A stretch of 64,000 nt of DNA from Tetramitus jugosus (lineage: Eukaryota; Protista; Heterolobosea), in contig OW569353.1 in the NCBI GenBank assembly GCA_937625935.1, forward strand, positions 1-64,000. The letters are read 5' to 3'. The notes beneath the pieces were generated by a model. The model ran no database searches. It had not been told where the DNA came from and was given only the letters and a program-made list of their open reading frames with translations. Both the position numbers and the translations under genes were made by a program. Shown in pieces: positions 9,080-20,150 of the stretch (the first letter of the stretch is position 1; the number at the start of each line of letters is the position of its first letter).

Positions 9080-10960
9080 ATGATAGGTCGCTTGTTCAAG
9101 TACACAGGAGATATGCTGCTCGTGCGCCGCAATCCTCTTAAATTCCCTGAGGTGACGGTGGTTGGAACGTCTTCTTTGACGATCTGCGCTTTGTCTTCGA
9201 TCTTATGGATATGCTTCCGCTGCATGAGTTGTATCAACTCAAGCAGATCTCTCGTTGGTTCAACCGCTGTGTGTTCATTTATCTACACTCTGAGCGCATG
9301 AATCGTCGCAGAGCACTGCACGAACACATCGGGGCAATTGACGTAATGCTGATGCCTGGGCGTGATAAACATACCTCAGTTGGAGCTGATGCATTCGTAC
9401 TCAGAGCCCTCATTGGAACTCAGACAACCCATTTAACACTTGAAGAAGGATGTTGCAGTAGTCAGGTTCAGAGAGATTTGTGTGTACCACGTGATATGTG
9501 TGTCTTTGTGAATGGGAAGCAGAATTCGTGCATTACAGATTCTGACTTGTTCCCTGATGTCAGCCAAACATACAAGTATTTTGTTCTCATGAAGGCCGGT
9601 GGTTGGAGAGAACGCTCTCGAAAATCAAAAACACGTTACTTTTACTCTGGTGACCAGATGGTGAACACGGAGACCAAACGATTCGTGGTGCTTGCTGATG
9701 AGAGAGCACGTATTGCCAATCTCATCACACTCAACAGAGGCACTCACAAGACCACTGGCCTGTGTTACGTGGGCATTTTTGGCCAGATTATTGAACCACC
9801 GAACGTCAGGGACGGTACCGTCCTTGTGGCACAGGATCAAAATACGCCACTGATGTTCCTCATCCGGACACACGGTACCGTCAAAAAACTGAGCCTGGAA
9901 AAGTGTGTTGCTGACTTGTCTGTTCGATCCTTCATCGGCTATCGTATGCGTGAAGTGAGAGGGTCTTCGCTTGAGACCATCCAACTCACTCAATTTGGAC
10001 ACGGACTTCGTGAACTTGATCTCTCCAACACAACTCTCAATAACACTGACCGTTCCATTCACATCTGGAGGAAGTATGCCTGTCCGGTGTGAATGGAATC
10101 GACGATATGCATGTGCGCATGATATTTAAGATGCTGGTTCTTCTGGAGAAGCTCGATGTTAGCCGCTGCTCTGGCGTTACAGCAAAATTGTTCCTCCGGC
10201 GGAGGATGAACACCTACGAACTTGTACAGGATCCATTGGCAAGCTCAGATACAGTTAGATCCGTTTTTGAATGCAACTACAGACGAGCTCTGGCTTACCA
10301 AAGTCCATGGGCCAAGGGAGAGTGTTCAGATGCCACGAATCTGCGTCGCTTCTTTGCTAACAAATCTCTCTCATCTGGGTGGCTAGAAGGTAGAGGATTC
10401 TTCCAGAAGTTAGTTTGGGTTCCCCTCATCTCACCAGCCTATACCTTTCCGGATCTCTGTGTAGATCGCTGTTTCCAATTCTGAATTCATGCAACAAACT
10501 GAACATTGTACACTTGGACAATCCAACTTACTCGTGGGTTTTGAACAATGCACATGTGAAGACAGTATGTATGTATGCTCCACACCTCGAGGTGTTGAAC
10601 CTGGCTGGTTGTACTGGATTGAATTTGAGTGCTGTGTACTACATTTCCCAATACGCGAAACATCTGAGACATCTAGATCTGAGCAACAATCCAAACATGA
10701 CATCGTCAGTCATTTCCATTCTGATGACTGGAGAAGAACACAGGCCATACAAACTCAAAGAGATGTGTGCAAGAGCGAACGCTATCGCTCATATATCTGA
10801 CAACCAAACAGAAGAAAAAGGTGCCATCCCGGAGAATCCACTGCTCAGACTAAGACACCTCAATCTGATTCTCTTGACAGGATGTTCTGAAGTCAACAAG
10901 AACGAACTCGGTATTGTTGCCAGTTTCGACATGTACAAGCACATCTCGGTTGTGGTTTAA
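9080..10960 (+). pseudogene. F-box / cysteine-containing LRR protein, several frameshifts
   Basis: F-box-like DLMDMLPLHELYQLKQISRWF; LRRs LRELDLSN, LEKLDVSRCSGVT, LEVLNLAGCTGL and LRHLDLSNN lie in three successive frames. Confidence 0.75.
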
Positions 10961-10961
10961 T

Positions 10962-11213
10962 TTATTTGGATGGTGTAAAACAGAACACAATGAAGATGAT
11001 TAACATGGTGCAGATCGAGCTCGTATAGAAACACCAGATGTGACGCTCCCCTAAGTACGCAACGGTTAGCTCTCTGAGACCGGCGTACGAGTCATGTTGC
11101 ATGCTTGAGACAGTAATGTCCATCTGCTCGTGTAACTTGTAGTCGGATTCTTCTGGATGTTGCATTTTGTGGGTTTGTTGTGGTACTTGAACAATAATGC
11201 CTGTTTCGCTCAA
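10962..11213 (-). CDS. Small hypothetical protein with C-terminal TM helix
   Basis: Fills the gap between neighbours; hydrophobic C-terminus; start codon uncertain. Confidence 0.4.
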   Translation of the reverse strand: MSETGIIVQVPQQTHKMQHPEESDYKLHEQMDITVSSMQHDSYAGLRELTVAYLGERHIWCFYTSSICTMLIIFIVFCFTPSK

Positions 11214-11262
11214 TAAAGATCACTCTCTAACGCTCTACGTTTGAACGAGAAACACAAGCAAC

Positions 11263-11889
11263 ATGACAGAAGAAGCCCGTAGCTTATATGATGCATATTG
11301 CCTCCGACTTTCACGAGATCCTGTATGTGTCGGTCGTCTAGTCAGTCTTTGGTTCCAATACCCTTTATTCGTGACATGCGAACCGTGTGTAACGAGACCG
11401 GAGCTTACAAGGGAGATGTCCAAGTTTCGGCTTTGTGGCACGGACGTGCTCTCTATATCTGACGGTAGAAGTGATATATTTGCACACTTCCTCGAATACG
11501 TGCTGTTCGGAACAGTCGACCTGAGTGTAGACAGTGACGGAGTATATCTTGACGAAGATCGAGTTCTCTTTGTTCCTATCACTGAGATGCAGCTGTATGA
11601 TTCGCCAGAGAGCAATGACTTAAGTGAAGTAATAGCAATCTACAAGCAGTGGATTGAGCGAAATTCGGAGTTCTTCGAAAACCGAGCTCACGTCATTTAC
11701 CAGTGTTCGTATCGAGAGTACAAGGGAAACAGGTGCGTCAATGGCAGACCGCGAATGTTACCCGTGGAGTTAGTGTGGGCTGTGTGTGTCTCTTTCCTTG
11801 TGTTCATTCAACGAGAAGTGCGCATAGCGTGGGGATTCTACTGGTTACAATCATCTAACCTATCGTTGTTCCAGAGAAAAAGAGTTTAG
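11263..11889 (+). CDS. Hypothetical protein (ORFan)
   Basis: 208-aa ATG ORF, globular composition, no recognised family. Confidence 0.55.
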   Translation: MTEEARSLYDAYCLRLSRDPVCVGRLVSLWFQYPLFVTCEPCVTRPELTREMSKFRLCGTDVLSISDGRSDIFAHFLEYVLFGTVDLSVDSDGVYLDEDRVLFVPITEMQLYDSPESNDLSEVIAIYKQWIERNSEFFENRAHVIYQCSYREYKGNRCVNGRPRMLPVELVWAVCVSFLVFIQREVRIAWGFYWLQSSNLSLFQRKRV

Positions 11890-11891
11890 TG

Positions 11892-12287
11892 ATGCACATT
11901 GTGGACAAGGTGATGGAAGAGAAGAGGATGATGCAGGTGAATGCGTTGTCCTCTGACGAGTACCGGGACTTACAAATTCTTCAGGACGAATGTATCACTG
12001 AAGTGTACAACGGAATCGTTTCCTCGCTGACCACGGCGTTCATGCGCCGCTCTTCTGTTCGGGACTTGGATCCCAACTACGCCACAAGATTGGCGATCAT
12101 GCGCACGGTGACGTGTAAACTAGAAGACTTGGCTATGGAACACACGAACTCGATTTCGCTGACAAAACCTCAGGCAAATCACGTGTCTCAAGAGTGGACA
12201 AGGGTACAAAGAACAGTAATGCAGCAAAAAGACAGGGCTATCTCCTTTATGGATGATAAGTACGGCATCTTCAGCCGGTTTTGGTGA
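11892..12287 (+). CDS. Hypothetical helical protein (ORFan)
   Basis: ATG 2 bp after the previous stop (TAG TG ATG). Confidence 0.55.
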   Translation: MHIVDKVMEEKRMMQVNALSSDEYRDLQILQDECITEVYNGIVSSLTTAFMRRSSVRDLDPNYATRLAIMRTVTCKLEDLAMEHTNSISLTKPQANHVSQEWTRVQRTVMQQKDRAISFMDDKYGIFSRFW

Positions 12288-12388
12288 TTTAAACTGAAGC
12301 CATTCTCAAAAGTTCCGCTGTCATTTCATTAAGATCGTCCAAGAACTTGCACATGGTACGATTGTTATTCAAATCTTTACTGGTGGGC

Positions 12389-12802
12389 TCACCAGTAAGG
12401 GCAATAAGTGACACATCGTTCTTTTACGCCGTGTTGAGTAATCCATACCAATCGACACTCAAGTTCTCTTTCCTTCATGGTCTGTATTTCGACGAGAGAA
12501 GAGAATGAATCATCAATGTAGTACAGACCTTCGAGGTATTGAATCACCAACAGGATTGAGACCTGGTGTTGAAGATTGGCAAGCAAGTTTTGGGTGAAGA
12601 ATTGACTCCTGAGTTTGAAAACAAAAGTGGCACTCTGCTTGGTGAGCAAATCTTGATACAAATTCCTTGATTTTCTGAAATTCTCCTGTTGAGAACTCAC
12701 CCGAGGCCCAACAGAACTTGAGATGTAAAATATTCCCTTGCAACAATTGCGCCAAAAATTCCATTTTTCAGATTTTCCTGAGTTTGTTCCTGTCAGCAAC
12801 AA
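12389..12802 (-). pseudogene. Probable degraded ORF of unknown family
   Basis: Overlapping ORF fragments in two frames filling the gap in the compact cluster. Confidence 0.3.
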
Positions 12803-12835
12803 AAGTTCTAAAAAAACAACATAAAAGATCTCAGG

Positions 12836-13518
12836 ATGTCCATTCTTTCCAAAAAATGGTTTTGGTACCCTTTGGCCATAATCTTACTTGCAGTAATTTT
12901 CAAAGAGCAGTTGGAAACATGCATGCGGGTATGCCCCCAGAACAACTACGAGTACCAAGCAACAGCCACAAAGGAACAAGAAAGAGAAGTGTTTGTCAAA
13001 TCTCAACAGCTGCAAGAAGAAACAGAGGAAGAACGAACTCATCGAGAGTACAAAGATATTGCCCGCCAATTGCGAAAGAAGAGGCGAGAGAGGCAGCGGT
13101 CCGAAGAAGCTCGGATTTTACCCAGAAGGACAATGTTTGCCTGTGTGGGCGACATCGTGCGAAGTGTCACGCATTTGCTGCCTTGCTGTCAGACAACCGC
13201 TTGTCAAGGCAAGACGTGACACTGAACTTATCGAGCGCTCAGCTGTGATTCACTCACAACGAAACCAGCAAACAAGTCAACGCTTTGCGTGATTTGGAAA
13301 CAAAGAACCGTCAAATCAGAATATTCTTCACCCATAAAGTAAAGTGTTTTAACAATGAACTGGCCAGACGTCTACGTGCCGAATGCACCCAAAAACATTT
13401 CCAACAACCCATGTTTGATTTCGAGTACCACAAGAAGATGACGGGGATCGCGAGCCCAGTCCAAAGTTTTGAATCGCCAACAGAGATTGATTCCCTGGTT
13501 TGGGGAGTGAAGGATTGA
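12836..13518 (+). pseudogene. Membrane-anchored coiled-coil protein, frameshifted
   Basis: N-terminal TM WFWYPLAIILLAVIF, charged helix, continuation in ORFs 12993-13292 and 13285-13518. Confidence 0.45.
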
Positions 13519-14699
13519 TTCCAAGCTCTGAAGCACAAGATAGTGATTTCAAGGTGTTGAAAATAAGAAAGTTGGCGAAGCCTGGCGCTTGGAGAAAGAG
13601 CTGAAAACGCCAAGCCAGGCTTTGCAATTTTCAGAGTTGGTGATCGAGTGACAATCGAGTGTCAAAGATTGTGCTTTGCAACCAACAAGGCGTCACACCA
13701 AGGATGGATTGTGCTTTGCAATCTCGGGTCTACAACAACGAGCAGGATTGATTTTGCAATCAAGGATGGATTTAACAATGGTTTCGAGGCGAAGCCAAGC
13801 ACTTGGGACAGAAACGAGGGACACTCTGATGATCAACCACTCGAAGGTACAACCACCGGTTTGTCACAAGACAATCGCAATCCTGTCAGGTTTCGAAGCA
13901 CTGAACAATTCAACCCTGTAAGGTTTTGTGATCACGTGAGGTTTGGATCATCAACAAGGTTTGGATCATTTATTTAGGAGGTGTTGTTCTGATAAAGAAA
14001 TCAATTGTTATTGAACTTCCTATCAAAGAGGTTGGTGTAACCCGCAGGTGTAAGGATCGGTAGATACCTGATAGACAGGCTGCGGAACTGTTGTAGATTT
14101 ATTTGGCGGAGAAATCTCGGCCACACAACGATTTTTTTGCGATACAAACAAAACATGAAGATTAAAGCAGTATCGTCACCAACCGCCGCCTCCTCAGGTC
14201 CTTACTAGTAATGATATTGTTCTCCATTTGTCCTATGTGTTGGTTGAAGAAACAATAATAGATGTATACACAAGTTTTTATTCGTTTGTTTTGTGGCTTT
14301 GTTTGTTGGGCTTTGTTGATGAGTGTGTGAAAGCACCTTCTTATACCACACGTTCATGTTTCTCTCATTTGACCTCATTTTGTTCACACGCTCACTTTTC
14401 TCATATCTGACCACTTTTTGGCCACACGTTTCTCTTATGTAACTTTTCAAGTTTTCCCTACAATTTTTCATACGAACTGTGTGAATAGGGTGTGTGATAT
14501 AGAAGATTCATGACAAAAACTCACATACCGCATTCACTTGCTTTCGATGATAGAGTGGCAGTGTCACAGTCATCACAAGATTAAGGGTTGGATTCTGATA
14601 TAACAAGCAGAAAGAAAGTGAGTGTCAATCAACAACATTTCGATGAATAAAGACATATCCAATGATTTTTGTTTGTTGTTCCTTTTAGTTTTGTTGAAG

Positions 14700-14885
14700 C
14701 GGGTGGATTGACAACCCTGCTAAAACCCGGTTAGGAGCTGAACTGACAAATCATGAACAATGGACCAAATGAATGCTTAAACCGAGATCTAGATGAAAAA
14801 CAACAAAGTATCCCCATCGAGAGATTGAGTTATTGTTTGCTCCATAGTCAAAAGGGCCATGGCTTACGTGATAACCCAAACCCCA
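14700..14885 (+). repeat. Fifth copy of the module terminus with telomeric seed
   Basis: 14852-14883 matches 3016-3047 at 27/32 ungapped positions; AACCCTGCTAAAACCCGG (14713) matches AACCCGGCTGGAACCCGG (2876) at near-identical spacing from the seed. Confidence 0.75.
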
Positions 14886-15016
14886 CCCGCGAGGGTGATG
14901 GCTTCCATTCTTTGGTTTGGGTTTAAGAGTGCAGTGCTCATGTGCTTTTCGCTCTCCTTATCCTTATTTTTTTTATTTGAGGTAGCCAACAGCCAAGCTG
15001 GCCACAAGCGTAAAAC

Positions 15017-15739
15017 TCAATTCAGAGTTGGCCAAACGTATGAAAATTTTATTGAGGCAAGAGTTGTTCTCTCTTCCTGGCGATTCATTGGCTTGCGATG
15101 ACCATGGAATGACCAAACCATCAAGAGGAGCGACAACCCTAACCAAGTAAGTGAACATGGGATGGCAGCAAAGCGAATTAGCTTGAGTATCAAAGGCAGA
15201 GTATTCGTGACTGGCAGACCAAACACTGACATAAATGCAAACACAAAAATCACCAGTCATCCAGAGCAGTACCAACAATCAGCCACAAGAAGAAGATGAT
15301 CATTCGAACCACAGAGTTGCTCAAGCCAGCAGATGAAGGAAACCATATGCAGTAGACTACCCAGAATGGTTTCTCAACAACAAACACAAGCAGAGATGCG
15401 AAGGCAGTAGCCATCAAAGACCTCGACACCGCTTCACTTGCTGTTTTTACAGCATTTGATAAGAATTGTAGGTTTAACGTCGGCGGAGTCGATGATTTTT
15501 GCAGAGTAGTCATCAAATCCAGCACTCTTCTGTTGAGAAGAAGAAGATGTAGATGACTTCAAATTGACACTGGCGCGATTCGGGTTCACATCCTCTGTAA
15601 AATCAAAGAATGAAGTCGCATTGGACGATGTTCTTGCTCTAGTGACTTCAATCTTTGCTGGATTGTGAATCAATTTCTGAATGGGTTGTGGCTCTGGCAA
15701 ATCAGAATCAAAGTTCAGGGTTGTTCTGGATGATGGCAA
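15017..15739 (-). pseudogene. Possible degraded multi-pass membrane protein
   Basis: Chain of short hydrophobic ORFs in different frames. Confidence 0.3.
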
Positions 15740-16193
15740 TGTTCAAGTACGTTGCAAAAAGTGTCCATCCCAGATAGGGCACCATCAGCTTAACTGAATT
15801 CACCGAATTCTTTGCGAACGAGAACATGGTCAAGATTATGAAGGAATTAAGAGCGAGAACTACAGCCAGGGCCTTCTTCGGGTTCTTTTGCTTGAAGAAC
15901 ACAGCTGACCAATAGAAGTTCAGGAAAAGTTGTGAAATGAAGAAAATCGTACCTGATGCAATGTTCTTCTTTGCCTTTTTCATCTGGCGGATCCACATGG
16001 CCAATGCTACACCCATCAACGAGTAAAGAATTGTCCATACAACCGGAAAAATCCAGCCAGGCGGGAACCATTTGTTCTTCTTGAGGACTTGAAACCATTC
16101 CTGTGATTCCTCTCTGGAGATGTAGAGCAAGGAGTACGCTGTGGATAACAACAACGGAGCTGCAGCTATGGCAATTTGATGTAGAGCGATCAT
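15708..16193 (-). CDS. tspO: TspO/MBR translocator protein
   Basis: WFQVLKKNKWFPPGWIFPVVWTILYSLMGVA, QLFLNFYWSAVFF and LMVPYLGWTLFATYLN are TspO motifs; likely start MIALHQ. Confidence 0.95.
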   Translation of the reverse strand: MIALHQIAIAAAPLLLSTAYSLLYISREESQEWFQVLKKNKWFPPGWIFPVVWTILYSLMGVALAMWIRQMKKAKKNIASGTIFFISQLFLNFYWSAVFFKQKNPKKALAVVLALNSFIILTMFSFAKNSVNSVKLMVPYLGWTLFATYLNIAIIQNNPEL

Positions 16194-16329
16194 GTTTGTT
16201 CTTTGCATCCGATTGATCGGAGATCTGGGACTAAATGATGATGCCTCCACCCGCAGCTGTTTTTAGAATTTTGTTGTAGACTGAGGAGAATTAACATGAC
16301 ATATGAGAATGAACAAACTGTGGATGAGA

Positions 16330-16801
16330 AAAAATGTTTCTCAAATAACAAGGCTCTGAGAGTCGGATCGCCCATCGTCATACTAAACACTTGCGCACAA
16401 TTCTCAGAGCAGTAGCAGATGGCATAAACTTCTCCACCCATGGATCGAATATCCTTCAAACAATCATTGACCTGTCTCAGATACAATGGACAATTGCCAC
16501 ACCAAGTTCCACGATAGAAGAAGAGAACAGTGAATTTGGAGAGAGGAGCAATGGTTTGCACCCATTTATCCCTCTTCTTCTTTCGTGCGAGTTTCAGTTT
16601 TTCATCCTTCTGCTTGCACCTCGTGCACTCACCATCTACAGTGGTAGAGTACTCTGGATGACCACAGTCAACATTCTTAATCAACTTGCAAGCATCCAAA
16701 GTTCCGAACAATATCGGTACAGCACTTCCCATGTCGTTGTTTATCACCTGTTGAATCTTGTCATGTTTCAATTGAAGTTCGACAATCTTGTTTCTCAACA
16801 T
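16330..16801 (-). pseudogene. Peroxiredoxin-like (AhpC/TSA, PRXL2-type) domain, C-terminally truncated
   Basis: TVLFFYRGTWCGNCPLYL...IRSMGGEVYAI; similarity lost afterwards. Confidence 0.65.
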
Positions 16802-17036
16802 GTCAACTGCTTCACTTTCAGTGGTACCTGCATCAAGAATGAGCCGATTAAGTTGGTTCTGGGCTTGAATGATCTCATCCTCAGTTTTAGTAGCTTTACA
16901 ACATTGTAGTACGAGGTGATAACTGGTTGTTCATGGTTATTTGGGGCATGTGTTTTGGTTTGTGTTGTGTGGCTATGCCAGTGTCATCTAACTTCAAAAC
17001 GCCCGTTATGTGATTTACGGGTAAATACAGGCCACA

Positions 17037-18124
17037 TGGAGCAGGCGAATCGAAGCAGCTCATCTTTTGCACCACTGATCATGTTTCATGACGCGAGTCA
17101 ACCACTCATCCAATTGCTGGGCAATGACTGGCAACAGTTGTCACAAAACTTGGATACCATTCGAAAGCTGACCATCACACCGGACGAGCAAGTGGCACTC
17201 AATAGTCAGCTGACCCAACTGGATCAAGTCAAGTCAGGGCAGCTCTTGGATTGTGAGCAAAAGAGTCAAAGCAGCTTGGCATCAGAAACGACCATTGCTC
17301 AATTGACAGACACTGTGCAGCAACTGTCTGAATCGACACGACAGCGGTCTGAGGCTGGACAACAATTGCACCAGGTTCGCCAACACTGAAAATTCAACTC
17401 TTGCTTTGCGCATCGAAGAGTTGGAGAGTCAGCTGTCCAAGTCAATGCCGAAGCTCAGCAAGTCAGGCTTGATGCAAGTCAACACTCGAGGCAACAACAA
17501 GAAACGATCGTGGTGCTTCAAGCCAGAATCGGTATCGCTGAACAGCAGTTGAGTCATAGCCAAGAAGCGCTTGCACAGGCACAGCGAGAAGCAGACCAAT
17601 GGAGGCTGCAATTGAATGAGGTCAAAAGCGAATTGACACAAGAGCGATCCAAGCAGGAGCGACATCAGACAGATCAGGAGCTCACCAGGCAATCGATGGA
17701 AGCATCCCTGAGCAACCAATGGACTGAGCACCAGAAAGAATTGTCTCAGTTGAGAGAACAGCAACAGCTTGACTTGGAGGCACTGCGCCAAGAGTTGACG
17801 GTTGTGCATCAACAACAAATCTCGAGTGAGTATAGTGCCACGAGGCAATGTCAATCCTTGTTGGAGCAAGCACAGGCAGACAAACAGTTGATGGAGCAAC
17901 GACTGAGCAGTGAACAAGCCAAGTTACTTGATGCCACCGATCTCATCACCCAACTCAAAAATAACATCTTGACTGGGACACAAGACACGGCAAGCCTCCA
18001 AATTCGACTCCAACTGGTAAGTAAACTTCACTTCAAGCAAGAGCAAACAACAAGTTTGGAGTATCAGCTTTCCTTGTTGAAACAGAGTGAGAAAAGGCCA
18101 GGGCAGAGAACACTCGCTCATTGA
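17037..18124 (+). pseudogene. Gln/Leu-rich coiled-coil protein, frameshifted
   Basis: Two consecutive heptad-rich ORFs (16916-17389 and 17510-18124) in different frames. Confidence 0.5.
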
Positions 18125-19869
18125 CTCCACTCGATCAGCTTGCCTTGCAGGTAGATCGCTTGATCCAAAGCCTGATGATCGAAAAAGAGTTTGTTGCAAG
18201 GTAAATACCCTGGAGTTGGTAAGAGTCGCTCCTGGACGAGGAAGAAGAAGATGCAATCCGTAGCTTGGCAAATGATAGAGAATAAGAAGATTTGTTGGCT
18301 GATGTTCCGTTTCCCGACATTAAGGAAGCAACTAATTTGGCATAAGCATCATTCTCAATTTAAGTAGCAAAGGATCAAGCATCGTATGTGTAGAGATGCA
18401 AACCCAACACCACGAATAAAACGAGCCAAACAACAAAGACAACCAACAACAATTGACGGAATTTCGTTGCTCGATTAATTCACACCCAGAATCAAAGAGT
18501 TGTCGGGAGTTCATGAAGGAGAGAAACCACGTCAAATGGAGTTGAGTAACAATTTGGTGGAATTAACAGTTCAATACTTATCTATGCTCAAAGATCGAAA
18601 TTGAAGTACTCGGCCTACAGAATAATGGATATGTTCGTGAATTAGATTCAACGACAGAGAGTCTATGTTTGTCGTCGCAAAGTCAAACGGAGGAGCAGTA
18701 GTCACTGTCCATCCGAATTGCTTGAAGTGTAATTGTGTTCTCTATCAACACAGCAGATTTTGCTCTTGTATGTGTGCTCTTTCTAAATTGAGGAAGGACT
18801 ACAGTCAAATACGAACCATGGTCAAAAAGAACAAATCAACGTTAAAAGCGCTACTCAGTGCTGGATGTCAGCGGATTCTGTGTCTCCAGTATATGATCAT
18901 ACCTTAGCCAATTGTGGAGACGCTGAGGTTTTGATAGCAAAAGTCAAGTCTGCAAAGAAGTGTATTACAAATTGTCTCGGATTATTGCTACCTATTCCTT
19001 GGAAACCTAACTTGCCACAAGTATTCCAATACAAACCGATGATGATTTCCAGGGCACAAAGAAGCCACCACGATATTGATTCGACATCAGAAGAAAGCTT
19101 GGAATGATGCAAAGCTGTATGTAGATTTCTTACAACATTCATTGCCAGATGAAATCGTTGAACCCAAAAGGAGAAAAGACTATAAGATTCTAGTTGTTCA
19201 TGACAACGTGTAGTTCCACTTTGCCACACAACTCAGTGATCTATGCAAGAAGGATTATGGTACCTCATTGTTTACCGAATGCTACGGCTCTATACCAACC
19301 ATTCGATGAAACTCTACCAAGTCTGTCTAATCATCCAAGTGTGCTTTTGTATACTCCAGAGAGATTCAATGTTCCAGTAATCCTACCTAGTTTCAACTTT
19401 GAACTAGGTATATTAGTGAGCGCTGTTGCCTGCTTGATCTCTTTGTTCCTTGATGATGGCTTCTTTACCTTCTATGTTCACCGCAGCACGAACTCCATTT
19501 CCACACTGATACCAGAGAACGCACTCCACTTTTGTCCCTGGTTCCAAGAAACCAATACCCGGTGCGAACCGCAGATGAAATTGTTGCGGACCCAAGCATG
19601 GGATATTGGCAGTCGCCGCGAACGAATTGATGTCTTTCCAAGCGATGATAGTGCAGTTACTGATTGTTGTGCTGATTCTCGGGCGTATGAACACACTCTG
19701 GTTGATCGAAATTGGTAAGAAAATCAGCCCAATGCAAAAAATACAGCATAGGATTCCAATGTTGGCACAGGTCCTTATCATCTGCATCATGACGCTCCTG
19801 TGTCCGATACTTTTGTGTGTGTTGATGGTCAGAATTTCTCAACGTCCATCCCCTCTGGATTTCTAGTGC

Positions 19870-19995
19870 GTTGTTGTTGCCAGCTAAATGTGAAAAAGCT
19901 TGATCTGTGATTTGAATACGACCACTGATATTGAGTGAGTGAATACCAGTCAAGTGTCGAAATGCATTGTCTGTGATCTGAGTGCAACTCATATC
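19870..19995 (-). pseudogene. LRR fragment
   Basis: CTQITDNAFRHLTGIHSLNISGRIQITDQAFSHLAG, about 1.5 repeats, no complete gene. Confidence 0.65.
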
Positions 19996-20150
19996 GTCTT
20001 ATCTATCACTTTGTTTCAGGATATCCCGATAGAGCTTGATGTCGATTTGACAATAAGCCGATAAGATTTGCTCGAAGCTGTTACTAATTATGTGAAGCAT
20101 GTGCCTCTGATATTTACTAGACAAAGAATCTTGTTGGACATGCAATTATG

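Noticed and set aside
19384-19410. Inverted repeat TACCTAGT...ACTAGGTA
   Set aside because: Single short hairpin without context; compatible with chance.
3054-20150. Reverse transcriptase, transposase, capsid or polB gene
   Set aside because: No such motifs recognised in any listed ORF, so autonomy and virus class cannot be claimed.
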